Positions 1-10,070 of a stretch of 64,000 nt of DNA are shown in pieces; position 1 is the first letter of the stretch, and each line of letters begins with the position of its first letter. A program made the position numbers and the translations under genes. Origin of the DNA: a plasmid; sequence record NZ_CP067424.1; one strand, given 5' to 3'. The notes beneath the pieces were generated by a model. The model was not told where the DNA came from. It saw only the letters and a program-made list of their open reading frames with translations, and made no database searches.

Positions 1-120
1 ATGCGGCGGTGCCGGGGGATCAAGTGGAAGCTGTGGCACGGCGACGGCCGTGAGGCCCTGGCCCGGACCGAGAACCTGGCCGATGACGTGGACGGCCTGG
101 AAAGCGATCATCCCAACCTG
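1..120 (+). pseudogene. 3' fragment of a DDE transposase gene (ISKra4/ISNCY-like C-terminal region), cut by the Tn3-family insertion
   Basis: Translates ...IKWKLWHGDGREALARTENLADDVDGLESDHPNL. About 85% nt identical to 5650-5770 of a second copy. Ends exactly at the 5-bp TSD/IR of Tn3-family element A, and the reading frame resumes after the element at 4038. Confidence 0.45.
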
Positions 121-172
121 GGGTTCTAAGCCCAAACCCTCGAAATTTTTGGAAGCTTTGCCGATCAATGGG

Positions 173-3100
173 TTAGCCTAACCTGACGTTCGCCAGCAGG
201 GCTTCCGGGTCGATCGCGTGCTTGCCGCCGCGAAACGTGTAGTGCCCGAGCAAGTGGATATGCTGCCAAGCCACCGGGGAGATTTTCTGCAGCAGTGCGA
301 GTGCTTTGCGGTCGTCCTCCCGGCGGTACCGCTCCAGCAGCGTCGAGAGCAGGACCGAGTTGTAGGCGATGATGACGTTGGCGACCAGCCGGCCGCACTG
401 GTTGCTGATCGCGATCGCGAGGTCGGTCCGCCCGATCAGTTGCTTGCCGCCGCTGACCTGGGTGAGCACCGCGCGCAGCTGGTGGTAGGCCTCAATGCGG
501 TTCTGGGAGCGGTGGACGTCACGCTGCAGCTGTGGGTCGCGGAGGTAATCGAGCGTGTAAAGGCTGCGGATCAGCTTGTCGTACTCGAAGACCGCCTTGC
601 GGGTCCGGTCGTGAGGGGACAGGGCACACAGTTTCCGCACCAGGATGGCCTGGCTCATCTCTTTGAGCCCGAGCGTGGCGACGATCCGGTCGATGCTGGC
701 TTTCTCCGCGACGATCAACGCGCGGTCGATCCGGCCGGCTGGCTGAACCAGACAGTCCTGGTAGTCCTCGATCGGGTTGCCGCAGTACAGGTGCTTGAGC
801 TGTGCTTGCCGGCGGGTGAACCGCGGCGCCAGCTTCAGCCCGAACCAGTGGAGGATGGCGAAGTTGGCGCGGTTGATGCTGTGCATGTCGCCGGTGATGG
901 TAGTCGGTGCGATGTCCGAGGTGTTGTGGTAGCAGATGTCGAAGACGTAGTGGCTTTCATGCTCGTGAGCGCCGATCAGCTCCGTTTCCAGCGGCACGTG
1001 GTTGGCCAGCAGCGTGTAGGCGACGACGCCCCTGCCGGTGCCGAAGTACTTGCGCGAATGCCGCGCTTTGGCTGTCGGCACGGCGACCGAGAACTTCTGG
1101 CCGTCGACGCTGCCGTACAGGACTGCCGGATCGAACGAGTAGAAGGGGAAGATGCCGAGGCCGGCGATGAAGTTGCTGACCCGGTCATTGGCTGCTTTCA
1201 GGGTCGACAGGCGCAGGTGCTGCTGATGGGTCGCCTCCAGGACGTGGTACGGGATGTCGCTGGTCTCGGCCATGCCCAGGTTGCCGTGGTTCATGGCCTG
1301 ACCAAGGATCACGGCCGTCAGGCTGTCGTCGTCGGTAATCCTCTTCGCATAGCGGGGCTGCAGTGGGGTCAGCGCCGACAGAAAGCGGCAGCGCTCGTCC
1401 ACGAAGCGGAAGATATCGGCGATACCGCGCGCCGGCAGCCGGGCATAGAAGGCGGCCTGCAGCGCTTCCTCCTTGTCGACCTTGGGAGTGCGCCACGACA
1501 GGGTCTTGCGCCCGGGGTCGTACTCGAGGTGCTTGAGCTTGCCTTGGCGCAGGTCGCGGTCGAAGATCAACCAAAGTCGATGCAGGTCGGCGCACAAGCC
1601 GTCGAGCGTCGCGTCCACGGGTTGGCGCAACCAGGGACTGTCGAGATCCCGGAGCGCCTCCGCCGCCCGGTCCGACGCGACCAGCTCGTCACCGAAGCGG
1701 CGATGCCGGACGCTGTCGTCCAGGTGGAGTTCGCCGGTGGCGAGGCGCTTGCGGAGCTGCCGGTAGATCCAGAACTCGTAACGGTACCCGCGCAGGCCGG
1801 TCGCCTTGCCATCGTCATCGACGTCGAGCAAATGCGGACGCAGCCGGTCGGGGATGGTGTTTTCCGGGAGCTCGCCGAAGGGCCTTTGGGCGAGGCGCTG
1901 TTGACGGGAAAACACGCCCTTCATCCAACGCAAGGCGGCGAGCCACGGATTGTCCGCCGTGGTGGCCGAGACCTCGAGCGCCATGGCGAGCGGGCGCAGA
2001 TGCTTCCTGCAGCGCGCCGCCGTGCGGTCCACCGCCTGCCAGCGCAGTTCAAGCTGGCTGACCGGCTTTTCGCACAGCCTCTGGCCGGCGCCGAGCATCG
2101 CTTCTCTCGGCAGGATCGTGAAGGCCCGGTGGCGGACGGCCCCGAACGGCGTGGCGTCGTCGACCGTGTCGTCGACATAGAGCAGGAGTACGCGGCCAAT
2201 CCGGGATCCCTCCTGCTGCCGGCCGGCTTGTGCCTGGACGAAGGCGGCCTCCGATTCCTCCTTGGTCTGCCCTTCCATCTGCCCCATGTGGAAACCGAAG
2301 GCCTCGACCAGGTTGTCGGTAAGTTGGCGGAAGCGCTGCCAAGCATAGCACAGCAGGTACAGGTGGGTCTGGCCGGGCTTCAGCCGGCGCAGGTCGTAGA
2401 CCGTGTAGTAATGGGCGAGGCTCGCGTAATAGGCGACGTTCTGCTGCGAGATGTCGAGCTTGGGCAACAGAGTCTTCGCGACCCGGTGCAAGGGCGCCAG
2501 GGTGGTGCGCTTTTGGCGCTCCATCGCCATCATGCGGTAGCCGAAGTGCTTGGCGTCCTGCTTGAGCGCCGCCAGTTCCGAGAGGGTGTCCTCGCGCACG
2601 AGGAGGCCCTGCAGGGCGGCGCGCGCCTCCTCGTCCAGCCCGTCCTCGACAAGGTGTTCCAGGCGTCGGCGTTCCGCCGTGAGCACCTCGCTGATGATGC
2701 CCTGCAGCGTGGTATAACCTGGGCGCACGATGCGCCGGGTGGCCAGGAAGGCCAGCAGTTCCGTCAGGATGAAGGTCGCGGCCACGTCCCGCTTCGCCAG
2801 AAGGCCGGCCCTGCCGACGACCGCCGCCCGGTCCGTGTCCGCCCAGAGCCGATAGCCAAACAACCCGGCGATTTCCCGGCGTTGGGCGTAATGCTCGTTG
2901 GCGCGGATCGGCTGCGGCGTCAGCGCGCTTCCCGGAAAGTAGCGTTCCATCAGGAAGGCGATGTCGCTGGACGGGACGTCGGGCCAGGAGAAGCCGAAGA
3001 AGGCCTGCTTGGCCTTGAAATACCCGATCTGCAGCAGGCACCAGACCTGTTCCGCCAGCCCCTTGCGCTGGTCGACCAGAGCGCGTTCAGCGGCGCTCAG

Positions 3101-3223
3101 GGCGAAGAACTCGGCTCGCTGGAAGTCGTCGAAGTCGGGCAGGCCGTACAGAGCGAGCCTCTCGGCCTCGGAAAGGACGGTCAGCCGCTTGCTGCCGTCG
3201 GCGCGCATCGGTCGGTCGGGCAC
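173..3223 (-). CDS. tnpA: Tn3-family DDE transposase TnpA
   Basis: 1016-aa ORF. N-terminal DUF4158-like region (…TTLQGIISEVLTAERRRL…) and overall length and architecture match Tn3 TnpA. Homologous to the two other TnpA genes in this window. The C-terminus abuts IRL. Confidence 0.9.
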   Translation of the reverse strand: MPDRPMRADGSKRLTVLSEAERLALYGLPDFDDFQRAEFFALSAAERALVDQRKGLAEQVWCLLQIGYFKAKQAFFGFSWPDVPSSDIAFLMERYFPGSALTPQPIRANEHYAQRREIAGLFGYRLWADTDRAAVVGRAGLLAKRDVAATFILTELLAFLATRRIVRPGYTTLQGIISEVLTAERRRLEHLVEDGLDEEARAALQGLLVREDTLSELAALKQDAKHFGYRMMAMERQKRTTLAPLHRVAKTLLPKLDISQQNVAYYASLAHYYTVYDLRRLKPGQTHLYLLCYAWQRFRQLTDNLVEAFGFHMGQMEGQTKEESEAAFVQAQAGRQQEGSRIGRVLLLYVDDTVDDATPFGAVRHRAFTILPREAMLGAGQRLCEKPVSQLELRWQAVDRTAARCRKHLRPLAMALEVSATTADNPWLAALRWMKGVFSRQQRLAQRPFGELPENTIPDRLRPHLLDVDDDGKATGLRGYRYEFWIYRQLRKRLATGELHLDDSVRHRRFGDELVASDRAAEALRDLDSPWLRQPVDATLDGLCADLHRLWLIFDRDLRQGKLKHLEYDPGRKTLSWRTPKVDKEEALQAAFYARLPARGIADIFRFVDERCRFLSALTPLQPRYAKRITDDDSLTAVILGQAMNHGNLGMAETSDIPYHVLEATHQQHLRLSTLKAANDRVSNFIAGLGIFPFYSFDPAVLYGSVDGQKFSVAVPTAKARHSRKYFGTGRGVVAYTLLANHVPLETELIGAHEHESHYVFDICYHNTSDIAPTTITGDMHSINRANFAILHWFGLKLAPRFTRRQAQLKHLYCGNPIEDYQDCLVQPAGRIDRALIVAEKASIDRIVATLGLKEMSQAILVRKLCALSPHDRTRKAVFEYDKLIRSLYTLDYLRDPQLQRDVHRSQNRIEAYHQLRAVLTQVSGGKQLIGRTDLAIAISNQCGRLVANVIIAYNSVLLSTLLERYRREDDRKALALLQKISPVAWQHIHLLGHYTFRGGKHAIDPEALLANVRLG

Positions 3224-3253
3224 GCGGTTGTTTCCATCGGATGGACTGGGCTG

Positions 3254-3368
3254 GGACTTTCCCTATAAAGTGTCTTTTCGGGAAAGTAACCTGTTTCGGA
3301 CCCAGGTAGGGCTTGGTCCGGAAGGCGCCGGCAACCACCGCGCCACTGATCGTTTTCGGGAAAGTCTG
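3254..3368. promoter_or_regulatory. Repeated GGGAAAGT motifs between tnpA and the recombinase gene; candidate recombination (res/IRS-like) site
   Basis: Direct repeats TTTTCGGGAAAGT(aac)CTGTTT at 3275-3296 and 3354-3374, plus an inverted partial copy GACTTTCCC at 3256-3264. This sits in the divergent intergenic position where Tn3-family resolution sites lie. Confidence 0.4.
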
Positions 3369-3374
3369 TTTACC

Positions 3375-3950
3375 GTGCGACCGCCGCCGAAACAACCCAA
3401 TGCCGAGCGCCGCAGCCGGGAGCACTTGACTCCGACCGAGATCGACCGACTGATCACAGCCGCCCAACGGCTCGGACGTCATGGCCACCGCGATGCGACG
3501 ATGATTCTGATCGCCTATCGCCATGGGCTGCGCGTCTCGGAACTGGTCGGCCTGCGGCGCGAGCAGGTAGACCTGAGCCTGGGGCTGCTGCATGTGCGCC
3601 GTCGTAAGAACGGGCTGCCAAGCACCCATCCCCTACGCGGTCCGGAAATCCGAGCCTTGCGCCGGCTGTTCCGCAATCATCCGGACACGCCCTACGTCTT
3701 CGTCTCCGAGCGCAAGGCACCGATGACCGAGGCCACCTTCCGTAAGCTGGTCGCCCGCGCCGGCGAAGCGGCCGGGCTGGGCATGCCGATCCATCCGCAC
3801 ATGCTGCGGCACTCGACCGGCTTCAAGCTGGCCAACGACGGCCAGGACACCCGCGCCATCCAGCATTACCTGGGCCACCGGAACATCCAGCACACCGTCG
3901 TCTACACCCACTTGGCGGCCGATCGCTTCAACGGCTTCTGGGACGACTGA
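3375..3950 (+). CDS. Small tyrosine recombinase, FimB/FimE-like (about 191 aa), probable resolution/inversion recombinase of the Tn3-family element
   Basis: C-terminal HMLRHSTGFKLANDGQDTRAIQHYLGHRNIQHTVVYTHLAADRFNGFWDD closely resembles the FimB/FimE catalytic region (R..H..GHRNI.HTV.YT with a Tyr nucleophile). GTG start at 3375 in the frame of ORF 2961..3950. Confidence 0.7.
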   Translation: MRPPPKQPNAERRSREHLTPTEIDRLITAAQRLGRHGHRDATMILIAYRHGLRVSELVGLRREQVDLSLGLLHVRRRKNGLPSTHPLRGPEIRALRRLFRNHPDTPYVFVSERKAPMTEATFRKLVARAGEAAGLGMPIHPHMLRHSTGFKLANDGQDTRAIQHYLGHRNIQHTVVYTHLAADRFNGFWDD

Positions 3951-4004
3951 AAAACAGCCGAGACAATCAAGCCAGGAAGCCCAACCCATTGAATTTAGAG
4001 GATT

Positions 4005-5087
4005 TCAAAAATTTCGAGGGTTTGGGCTTGGAACCCCAACCTGAAGCGATTCGCCACGGCGGCCGACGAGTTCGCCACCTACATAGTGAGCCAGGCAGCG
4101 CTGCCGCTTCTTGAACGACCGGTACGCGGCGTAGCCGTCGCTGACCAGCCAGCCCAGGAAAGCGTCGCCGATCAGATCGCGGATCTCGTCGGCAGACCGC
4201 GAGCCGATGTGGAAGATGGCGGTGCTCGACGACAGCACGACCCACAGCCAGCGTAGGCGGCCGTGCTGCCTCCACGGGGTCTGATCGGCGTGAATCACGC
4301 CGGCCTGCCGCAGGTCGCCCAACAGATCCTCCACGACTGACTCACAGGCGACGCCGACTTCCCGGATGCAACGGTCGAGCGTGCCGACCGAGAGCGGCAC
4401 GTCGAACCAGACGGCCAGAAACTCGCGGATCCTGGTACGTGACACATGATAGCGGACCGACAGGGCGGCGATGAACGTGGCCAGGGCGGGACCGACCAGA
4501 CAGGCCTCACTCAGCAGCAGATCGCGCGAGCGCCCCGGCACCGTGGAGAGCACGCCAAGGCCGGGCCGCGCGGCGGTCCGAACACCGCAGGCACACTCGA
4601 TCGCATGATAGCGGTGCCGCACGCAGGCGATCCGGATGCCGCCGGCGGCGCGCTCCAGGTCGAGCACGAAGTGGGCGCTGTGACCGCTCTGGCGGTCCCA
4701 CATCTCGAACGGCGTGGCGCACGCGGCGCAGAGGATCGGGTAATGGTTCTCGTCACGCTCGGCCTGAAGAAGCTCGCACCGCCAGATCCCTTTGGTGCCG
4801 CGCTGCTTGCCGGGTTTGCGCCCGGAGCGCGCTGGTGGTTCCGGTGCGGAGGGTGAGGCCGATGGCGCGGGCGGCACCGTGCCGGTCGAGGTTCCCGATG
4901 CCGCGCCGAAGGGGCCGTCGGACGACGGCGGGCGCGACGAGTTGGTCGAGTCCCGGGCCAGCTTCTCCGCCTGCTCGATCGCCAGCGCATGCAGGCGGCA
5001 CAGCAGCTCAACCCGGGCTTCCGGGCTCAACCCCTCGAAGAAGCGGCGGTCCATACCGGAAAGATCAACAGGCCTCTTGCGCGTCAT
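4005..5087 (-). pseudogene. IS66-family transposase (TnpC-like), truncated copy
   Basis: N-terminal leucine-zipper-like MTRKRPVDLSGMDRRFFEGLSPEARVELLCRL, a Cys-rich zinc finger, and the DDE region ADQTPW…GWLVSDGYAAYRS…RCLAHYVGG are typical of IS66 TnpC. Only 360 aa; the 3' end runs into and terminates inside the Tn3 IRR, so the last codons are IR-encoded. No tnpA/tnpB companions are present. Confidence 0.7.
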
Positions 5088-5235
5088 ACGGCCATAGAAT
5101 CAGAACCGGCCGGGTAATGCCACCCTCATATCGACAGACCGATTCCTCGCGCTACACCGTCAATGGGAGGGAAGGTGAACGGGTACTCCGCCATGTCCCA
5201 TTAGCTTTTCTGGGCATGGCGGATCGGTGTATAGC

Positions 5236-5484
5236 TTATGGTGCTGTCTGCATCAGGAAAAGAGGGCGCAGTATTTCCCACTTTCTTCCGGTAGCCTTTT
5301 CAGGTATGGGACGAATACAATGTTCGTATACATCATATCCGTCACGACCTATGCCAACTTGGAGAATTGTGCCGTCACTGAATTCTCCTGCCCATACTAC
5401 ACCTTGAGGCAGCTTTTTATTTTGACGTATTTCATTTAATAAGTCGTCAAGTTTGGTATCAGAAAGCGTTGGAGATGGCGCCAC
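5236..5484 (-). CDS. Hypothetical protein (82 aa) in a low-GC segment
   Basis: ORF in the AT-rich 5100-5560 island, which contrasts with the roughly 67% GC surroundings. No recognisable motifs. Confidence 0.25.
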   Translation of the reverse strand: MAPSPTLSDTKLDDLLNEIRQNKKLPQGVVWAGEFSDGTILQVGIGRDGYDVYEHCIRPIPEKATGRKWEILRPLFLMQTAP

Positions 5485-5564
5485 AATTGTATCCTCAGTT
5501 GATTCGGTTCAGGTCAACACACATATTAATACTAATTTTATCTAAGGATCAAGTCAATATGGTT

Positions 5565-6030
5565 GAATCTGACTTTCTGTTCCGTTGCTACTCGGGACCC
5601 TATGCCAAGGGCCTGGCACACCACAACGCCGAGGACGCCCAGACGATCCAGAACCGGCTCGAGCGGATCAAGTGGAAGCTGTGGCACGGCGACGCCCGGA
5701 AGGCCCTGCGCCGGACCGAGGACCTGGCCGAGGACCTCGACGCGCTGGAGAGCGATTATCCGAACTTGGCGCGCTTCGCCAAGCTATGGTCGAGTTCGCC
5801 GGCTACATCCGCAACAACCACGCCATCATCCCGAACTACGGGGAGCGTCGGCGCTACGGCGAGCCGATCTCGACGGCCTTCGTGGAATCCACGGTCAACG
5901 TCGTGGTCGACAAGCGGTTCGCCAAGAAGCAGCAGATGCAGTGGTCGAAGGTCGGCGCCCACCGGCTGGTCCAGGTCCGAACCCGCACGCTCGACGGCAC
6001 CCTGCGGAAGACCTTCGCGGAGTGGTAGGC
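5565..6030 (+). pseudogene. Second DDE transposase 3' fragment (ISKra4/ISNCY-like), frameshifted
   Basis: Frame A reads …LERIKWKLWHGDARKALRRTEDLAEDLDALESDYPNL. Frame B continues …AGYIRNNHAIIPNYGERRRYGEPISTAFVESTVNVVVDKRFAKKQQMQWSKVGAHRLVQVRTRTLDGTL, the S..N.VV…M.WS..GA…R…L tail typical of these transposases. The frame switch is near 5775. The upstream part of the gene is absent and replaced by low-GC DNA. Confidence 0.5.
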
Positions 6031-6419
6031 GGCCATGGCCGCCAACGACAGCCCAATCCCAGCGGCGGCCGACGCGGCCTGAATGCCCAGGGGTTCTGCA
6101 TGCTCTCTATGGTAGCCGATAGCGCTACGCAGGCATGCGCTACACGATCCCGCGCGGGCCTGGGAGCAATCCCCGGCGGAAGCATGGCCGAGGCGGGCGC
6201 TGTCTGCAACGGGGTACCGGAGATGACCGGACGTTGTGACTGACCAGACGGATAGACGGGCATCATGTCCGCCATCCGCCTCGACATCCCGACGATGATC
6301 CTGGTCGCCAGTTTCGACCGGCGGGATCCCAGCCTGATGCGGACGCGCTGGGCAGACGAGTCGGTTTACCCCATGATCTTGCTCGTTGTACGGCTCCGCT
6401 CCGAACTCGAGGATCATCA

Positions 6420-6644
6420 ATGACCACTGTCCTGCCGGAATTCAACCGTCTGCTGATCGAGGCTCATGGGAGCTTGGAAGAGCTGGACTATTTCGACCTC
6501 GATAGCAAGGACCCCGCATCGAAGGCGCAGTTTGAGGAGATCGATCAGCGCTACAGGAAGGATGCAGAGGCTCTGGTCGAATTCGTCACTTCGAACCGGG
6601 ACGCACTCATAGCCGCCATCTGGGAACTCGGAGTGCCCGACTGA
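6420..6644 (+). CDS. Hypothetical small acidic protein (74 aa)
   Basis: Clean ORF with ATG start between the transposase remnant and Tn3-family element B. No known motif. Confidence 0.3.
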   Translation: MTTVLPEFNRLLIEAHGSLEELDYFDLDSKDPASKAQFEEIDQRYRKDAEALVEFVTSNRDALIAAIWELGVPD

Positions 6645-6951
6645 TTGGGTCAGGGTACGGCAACGCCGGGTGAGATGGTCAAACATCCAGACTGAAAAAA
6701 GCCGCCGCCGCCTCAAGCGCCGCGGCGCTGGTGAACGGCCGGCCCTCAGGCGATGCACGGTAGGTCTCCCAGACCAGGAACTCTTCGGTCGCCGGCTGCT
6801 CGCCCCGTACCAGCTCGCGGACGGTGATCCGGGCGATCGTCTCGGCATCGGCTGGGATCAGCGTCCAAGGCCCCTCCCCTTCCAGCTCGCCGGGTATCAG
6901 GACCATGCGCATGAACAGAACGGTGTACTGTCATAAAGCTTTGCAAAAGAC

Positions 6952-9948
6952 CTATCCGGAACTAGGCTTCCGAAGTGGCCGGAGGGCTCCCTCGGCAACG
7001 GCCTTTGGGAGTTCGAAGGCGTATCGCCCGAGGAAGTTGATGTGCTTGAAGGCAAGCGGAGAGATCCTGGCGACGTCAGCGGGGTCGATCGTCCAGCCCT
7101 CGGTGGCGAGCTGGTCCAGTGCGGCCTGGATGTAGGTGGCGTTCCACAAGGCGATGACGTTGAGGACCAGGCCAAGGGCGCCGAGCTGCTCTTCCTGTCC
7201 CTGCCGGTAGGGTCTCCGGATCTCGCCCCGTTCGCCGTGGCAGACGCGCCGGGCCAGCCGGTGCCGGAACTCATGCCGGTTCAACTGCGTCAGGATGCGC
7301 CGCCGCTTCTCCTCGTCGTGGACGTAGCCGAGCACATGGAGGGTCTTGACGATCCGGCCCAGCTCGGCCAGCGCGCGGGCCAGGCCGGTGGGCCGGTCCT
7401 TGACCTGCAGCATCCGCATCACCGAGCCGGCCTGGACATACCCGAGCCTCAGGGAGCCGGCAAGCCGCAGGAGGTCGTCCCAATGGCGCTCGATGAGGCC
7501 GGTGTCGATGCGATGACGCGGCAGGTCGTCCAGGGGGCCGTAATCGGCATCGCGGTCGATGCGCCACAGGCGGGCGCCGCCGATGTCGGCCAACCGCGGG
7601 CTGAACTGGTAGCCGAGCAGCCAGAACAGGCCGAAGACGCTGTCGGCATAGGCGGCGGTGTCGGTCATGATCTCGGCCGGTTCCAGCTCGGTCTCCTGGT
7701 CGAGCAGCAGTCCCAGGATGAGCAGGCTGTCGCGCAGCGTACCGGGCACGACCACGGCGTTGAGGCCGGTGAACTGGTCGGAGACCAGGTTGTAGTAGGT
7801 GATCCCACGGCCAGCACCGAAGTACTTGGGGTTGGGACCGGCGTGGACGGCGTGGCCCGGGGCCACGAACCGAATGCCGTCGGCCGAGGCGACCTCGCCG
7901 GCTCCCCAGATCCGGGCGATCGGCAGCGCGTTCTGGGCGGCCACCAGGCGCCGGTTGGCGGCGATGGTCTCGGCGCGGATGAAGTTCTGCTGGACCCAGG
8001 ACAGCCGGGCACGGCCGAGTGCCGGCTGGTCGGAACGGACCATCGGCTCGAAGCCGATGTTGCAGGCCTCCGCCACCAGAACGGCGCACAGGCTCATGAG
8101 AAACGCCTCCACCCGCGCTTTTCTCTCGCTGACATGGGTGAAGGCCTCGGCGAACCCGGTGCGCGCGGCGATTTCCAGCAGGATGTCGGGCAGATCGACG
8201 TTCGGCAAGCGGCCCTGGACGGCGGATTGAAGCGCGACCAGGCTGGGCGACCGATCGAGCTTGTCGAGCGGCCTGACGACCAGTTCGTCCTTCCCATCAC
8301 GTGTCTCGATCCGCAGCGCGGCGTTGCCGGCTATCCCGGAGGCCACCTGCCGCCACGCCCGATCGAGCCTCTGCCCCAGGCCGGCCAGCTCCGCTTCGGC
8401 ATCCGCCGACCGGCCGAGGGAGCGGCAGACCGTGAGGCGGGCGCTTTCCCACGCCTCGCCGACCAGCAGCCCGCGCCGGGGATCGGCAAAGCGAAGGCCG
8501 GGCATGATGAACACGTCGCGCCGTTTCAGCGCCCTCCGGAAGGCTTCGAGCACGGCGAAGACATAGGCCTTGCCGTTGATGACCTGCCCGCCGTCGTCGA
8601 GGACGTGGCGTTTCCATGCCGACCCGATCACCCCAGTGGGAGCGCCGGTCATCCCAGCCCCCGTCCAGGTCTTGAGGCCGCGCAGATAATCGAGCGCCTC
8701 CCGCACCGGCTGCCCGCCGGGCGCCGCTCCGATGGTGACGCGGAGCAGGAAACCGGAGAACAGCCGATGGACCCGCCGCCACCTGGCGCGAAGTTCGGCG
8801 TAGCGCGGCGTGTCGGGAGGACAGGCCAGGGTCTCGACCAATGCCATCGCGGCGGTGATGTCGGTTTCGGAGATGGTCGTGAAGAGGGCCTCGCGCCATT
8901 GGTCGAGTGGCAGCTCCTCGCCGCCGATCGCCAACCGGACGACGTCCCTGAGCCTCAGGGCCGCCGCGTCGAGGTCGCGCAAGGTCCGCAGGCGCGCCTT
9001 GCGATGGGCAGTGTCGGCTTCGCTGACAACGTCGGTCACCAGGGCCTCGAACAGCTCCACCGCGTCGTCGAGGGCGGCGGCCTCGAGGGTGCTGAACAGC
9101 GCGGCGAGGGTGGCGGTGCGGCGCGGCTCCGGAAGCGCCAGGACCGCCGAGGGCCGCGCCGCGCGGGCGAACCGTGCCAGGCGCTGGACCGCCGCGGCCG
9201 GGATGGTGCCCGGCGGCCTGGGGACCAAGCCGAGGGACCGGACGGCGTCGATCCGTTCCAGATGCCGGATGAACTCGGTGGGCATGCGCCGGGCCGGTGC
9301 CTTGCGCAGGTCGTCCAGGGTGGACAGGGTTTGGCCGCCCGGCTCGAGCAGGCCCTGGATCCGGGCGCGCTGCCCGTCGTTCAGGCTGCTGGCCAGGACC
9401 CGCCAGAGGCGCCGCTGGGCCCGGTGGCAAATGCGCGCGACGAAGCGTTCGAGCGTCGTGGCGCCGGGCAGGAGGATCTTGTTGGCCGCCAGCCAGGACG
9501 TCGCCCGGTCGAAGAGAAGGCTCGGGCGGTCGTCCCCGGTCCAGGCGAGCGTGTAGAGCCAGCGGGCCAGCCGGAACCGCGTCGCGCCGTCCTCGGCGAA
9601 GTCCCGGAAGCTGTAGCGCTCGCGGATCACGGCCACGTGGCGCCACCGCTGGCGCCTATCGCCATAGGACGCGAGATCCACGTCGCTCCTTTCGCCGAGC
9701 TGCTGGGCGATGTCGGCGATCACCCCGCGCGGCACCTGCCCGAGGTCGTCGAGGAACACCCCCAGGAACCGGACGGTGCCGAGCTGGGCCGCGAAGCCGA
9801 TGCGGTTGTGGGCGCCGCGCAGCAGGGCAATGACCTCGCGGTCGGCGGCATCGAGATGGAAATGGCGGGCCAGCTGCTCCTCATTCGGCTCTCCCGCGTA
9901 GCGGCCATAGCGCTGACGCTGCTCGTCGCTGAGGAAGCGGGTCGCCAT
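6952..9948 (-). CDS. tnpA: Tn3-family DDE transposase TnpA (element B)
   Basis: About 998 aa starting MATRFLSDEQRQRYGRY (the ORF track start at 10023 is probably upstream of the true start). Homologous throughout to the other TnpA copies. Confidence 0.9.
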   Translation of the reverse strand: MATRFLSDEQRQRYGRYAGEPNEEQLARHFHLDAADREVIALLRGAHNRIGFAAQLGTVRFLGVFLDDLGQVPRGVIADIAQQLGERSDVDLASYGDRRQRWRHVAVIRERYSFRDFAEDGATRFRLARWLYTLAWTGDDRPSLLFDRATSWLAANKILLPGATTLERFVARICHRAQRRLWRVLASSLNDGQRARIQGLLEPGGQTLSTLDDLRKAPARRMPTEFIRHLERIDAVRSLGLVPRPPGTIPAAAVQRLARFARAARPSAVLALPEPRRTATLAALFSTLEAAALDDAVELFEALVTDVVSEADTAHRKARLRTLRDLDAAALRLRDVVRLAIGGEELPLDQWREALFTTISETDITAAMALVETLACPPDTPRYAELRARWRRVHRLFSGFLLRVTIGAAPGGQPVREALDYLRGLKTWTGAGMTGAPTGVIGSAWKRHVLDDGGQVINGKAYVFAVLEAFRRALKRRDVFIMPGLRFADPRRGLLVGEAWESARLTVCRSLGRSADAEAELAGLGQRLDRAWRQVASGIAGNAALRIETRDGKDELVVRPLDKLDRSPSLVALQSAVQGRLPNVDLPDILLEIAARTGFAEAFTHVSERKARVEAFLMSLCAVLVAEACNIGFEPMVRSDQPALGRARLSWVQQNFIRAETIAANRRLVAAQNALPIARIWGAGEVASADGIRFVAPGHAVHAGPNPKYFGAGRGITYYNLVSDQFTGLNAVVVPGTLRDSLLILGLLLDQETELEPAEIMTDTAAYADSVFGLFWLLGYQFSPRLADIGGARLWRIDRDADYGPLDDLPRHRIDTGLIERHWDDLLRLAGSLRLGYVQAGSVMRMLQVKDRPTGLARALAELGRIVKTLHVLGYVHDEEKRRRILTQLNRHEFRHRLARRVCHGERGEIRRPYRQGQEEQLGALGLVLNVIALWNATYIQAALDQLATEGWTIDPADVARISPLAFKHINFLGRYAFELPKAVAEGALRPLRKPSSG

Positions 9949-9959
9949 GGTTCGCACAT

Positions 9960-10070
9960 CTCCGGACATTTGCGAGGGCCGGGCGGGATCAGGAAAACCA
10001 ACGGCTTGACCCTCGCAAAACATAGGCGCGAAAGTGCGTCTTTTTGCGATATGTTTTGCGAGGCTGCGGC
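9960..10070. promoter_or_regulatory. Probable res site / divergent promoters of Tn3-family element B
   Basis: Intergenic tnpA-tnpR region with repeated TTGCGAGG / CCTCGCAA half-sites (tttgcgagggc … ccctcgcaaaacata … tgttttgcgagg), as expected for resolvase subsites. Confidence 0.4.

Larger units (their letters stand above)
117..4042. mobile_element. Tn3-family transposon A (IR-to-IR 122..4037) with 5-bp target-site duplication AACCT (117-121 and 4038-4042)
   Basis: 38-bp terminal inverted repeats GGGGTTCTAAGCCCAAACCCTCGAAATTTTTG... at 122-159 and, inverted, at 4000-4037 (about 31/38 identical). They bracket a Tn3 TnpA gene and a divergent tyrosine recombinase. An identical 5-bp direct repeat lies immediately outside both IRs. 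Confidence 0.8.

Noticed and set aside
218-3268. 1016-aa plus-strand ORF exactly antisense to the Tn3 TnpA gene (similar giant antisense ORFs at 7042-10074 and 13319-16003)
   Set aside because: High-GC DNA yields long stop-free antisense frames. The translations are low-complexity (Arg/Gly/Ala/Val-rich) and have no motifs, while the opposite strand encodes clear TnpA.
4005-5087. IS66 transposase as an intact, active gene / complete IS66 element
   Set aside because: Only 360 aa against about 510. The 3' end is replaced by Tn3 IR sequence. No tnpA/tnpB companions and no IS66 terminal repeats are present. Treated as a remnant.
6679-6912. 77-aa minus-strand ORF as a gene
   Set aside because: Its start codon lies inside the Tn3-family IR. 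More likely the tail of a gene destroyed by the insertion than a functional gene.
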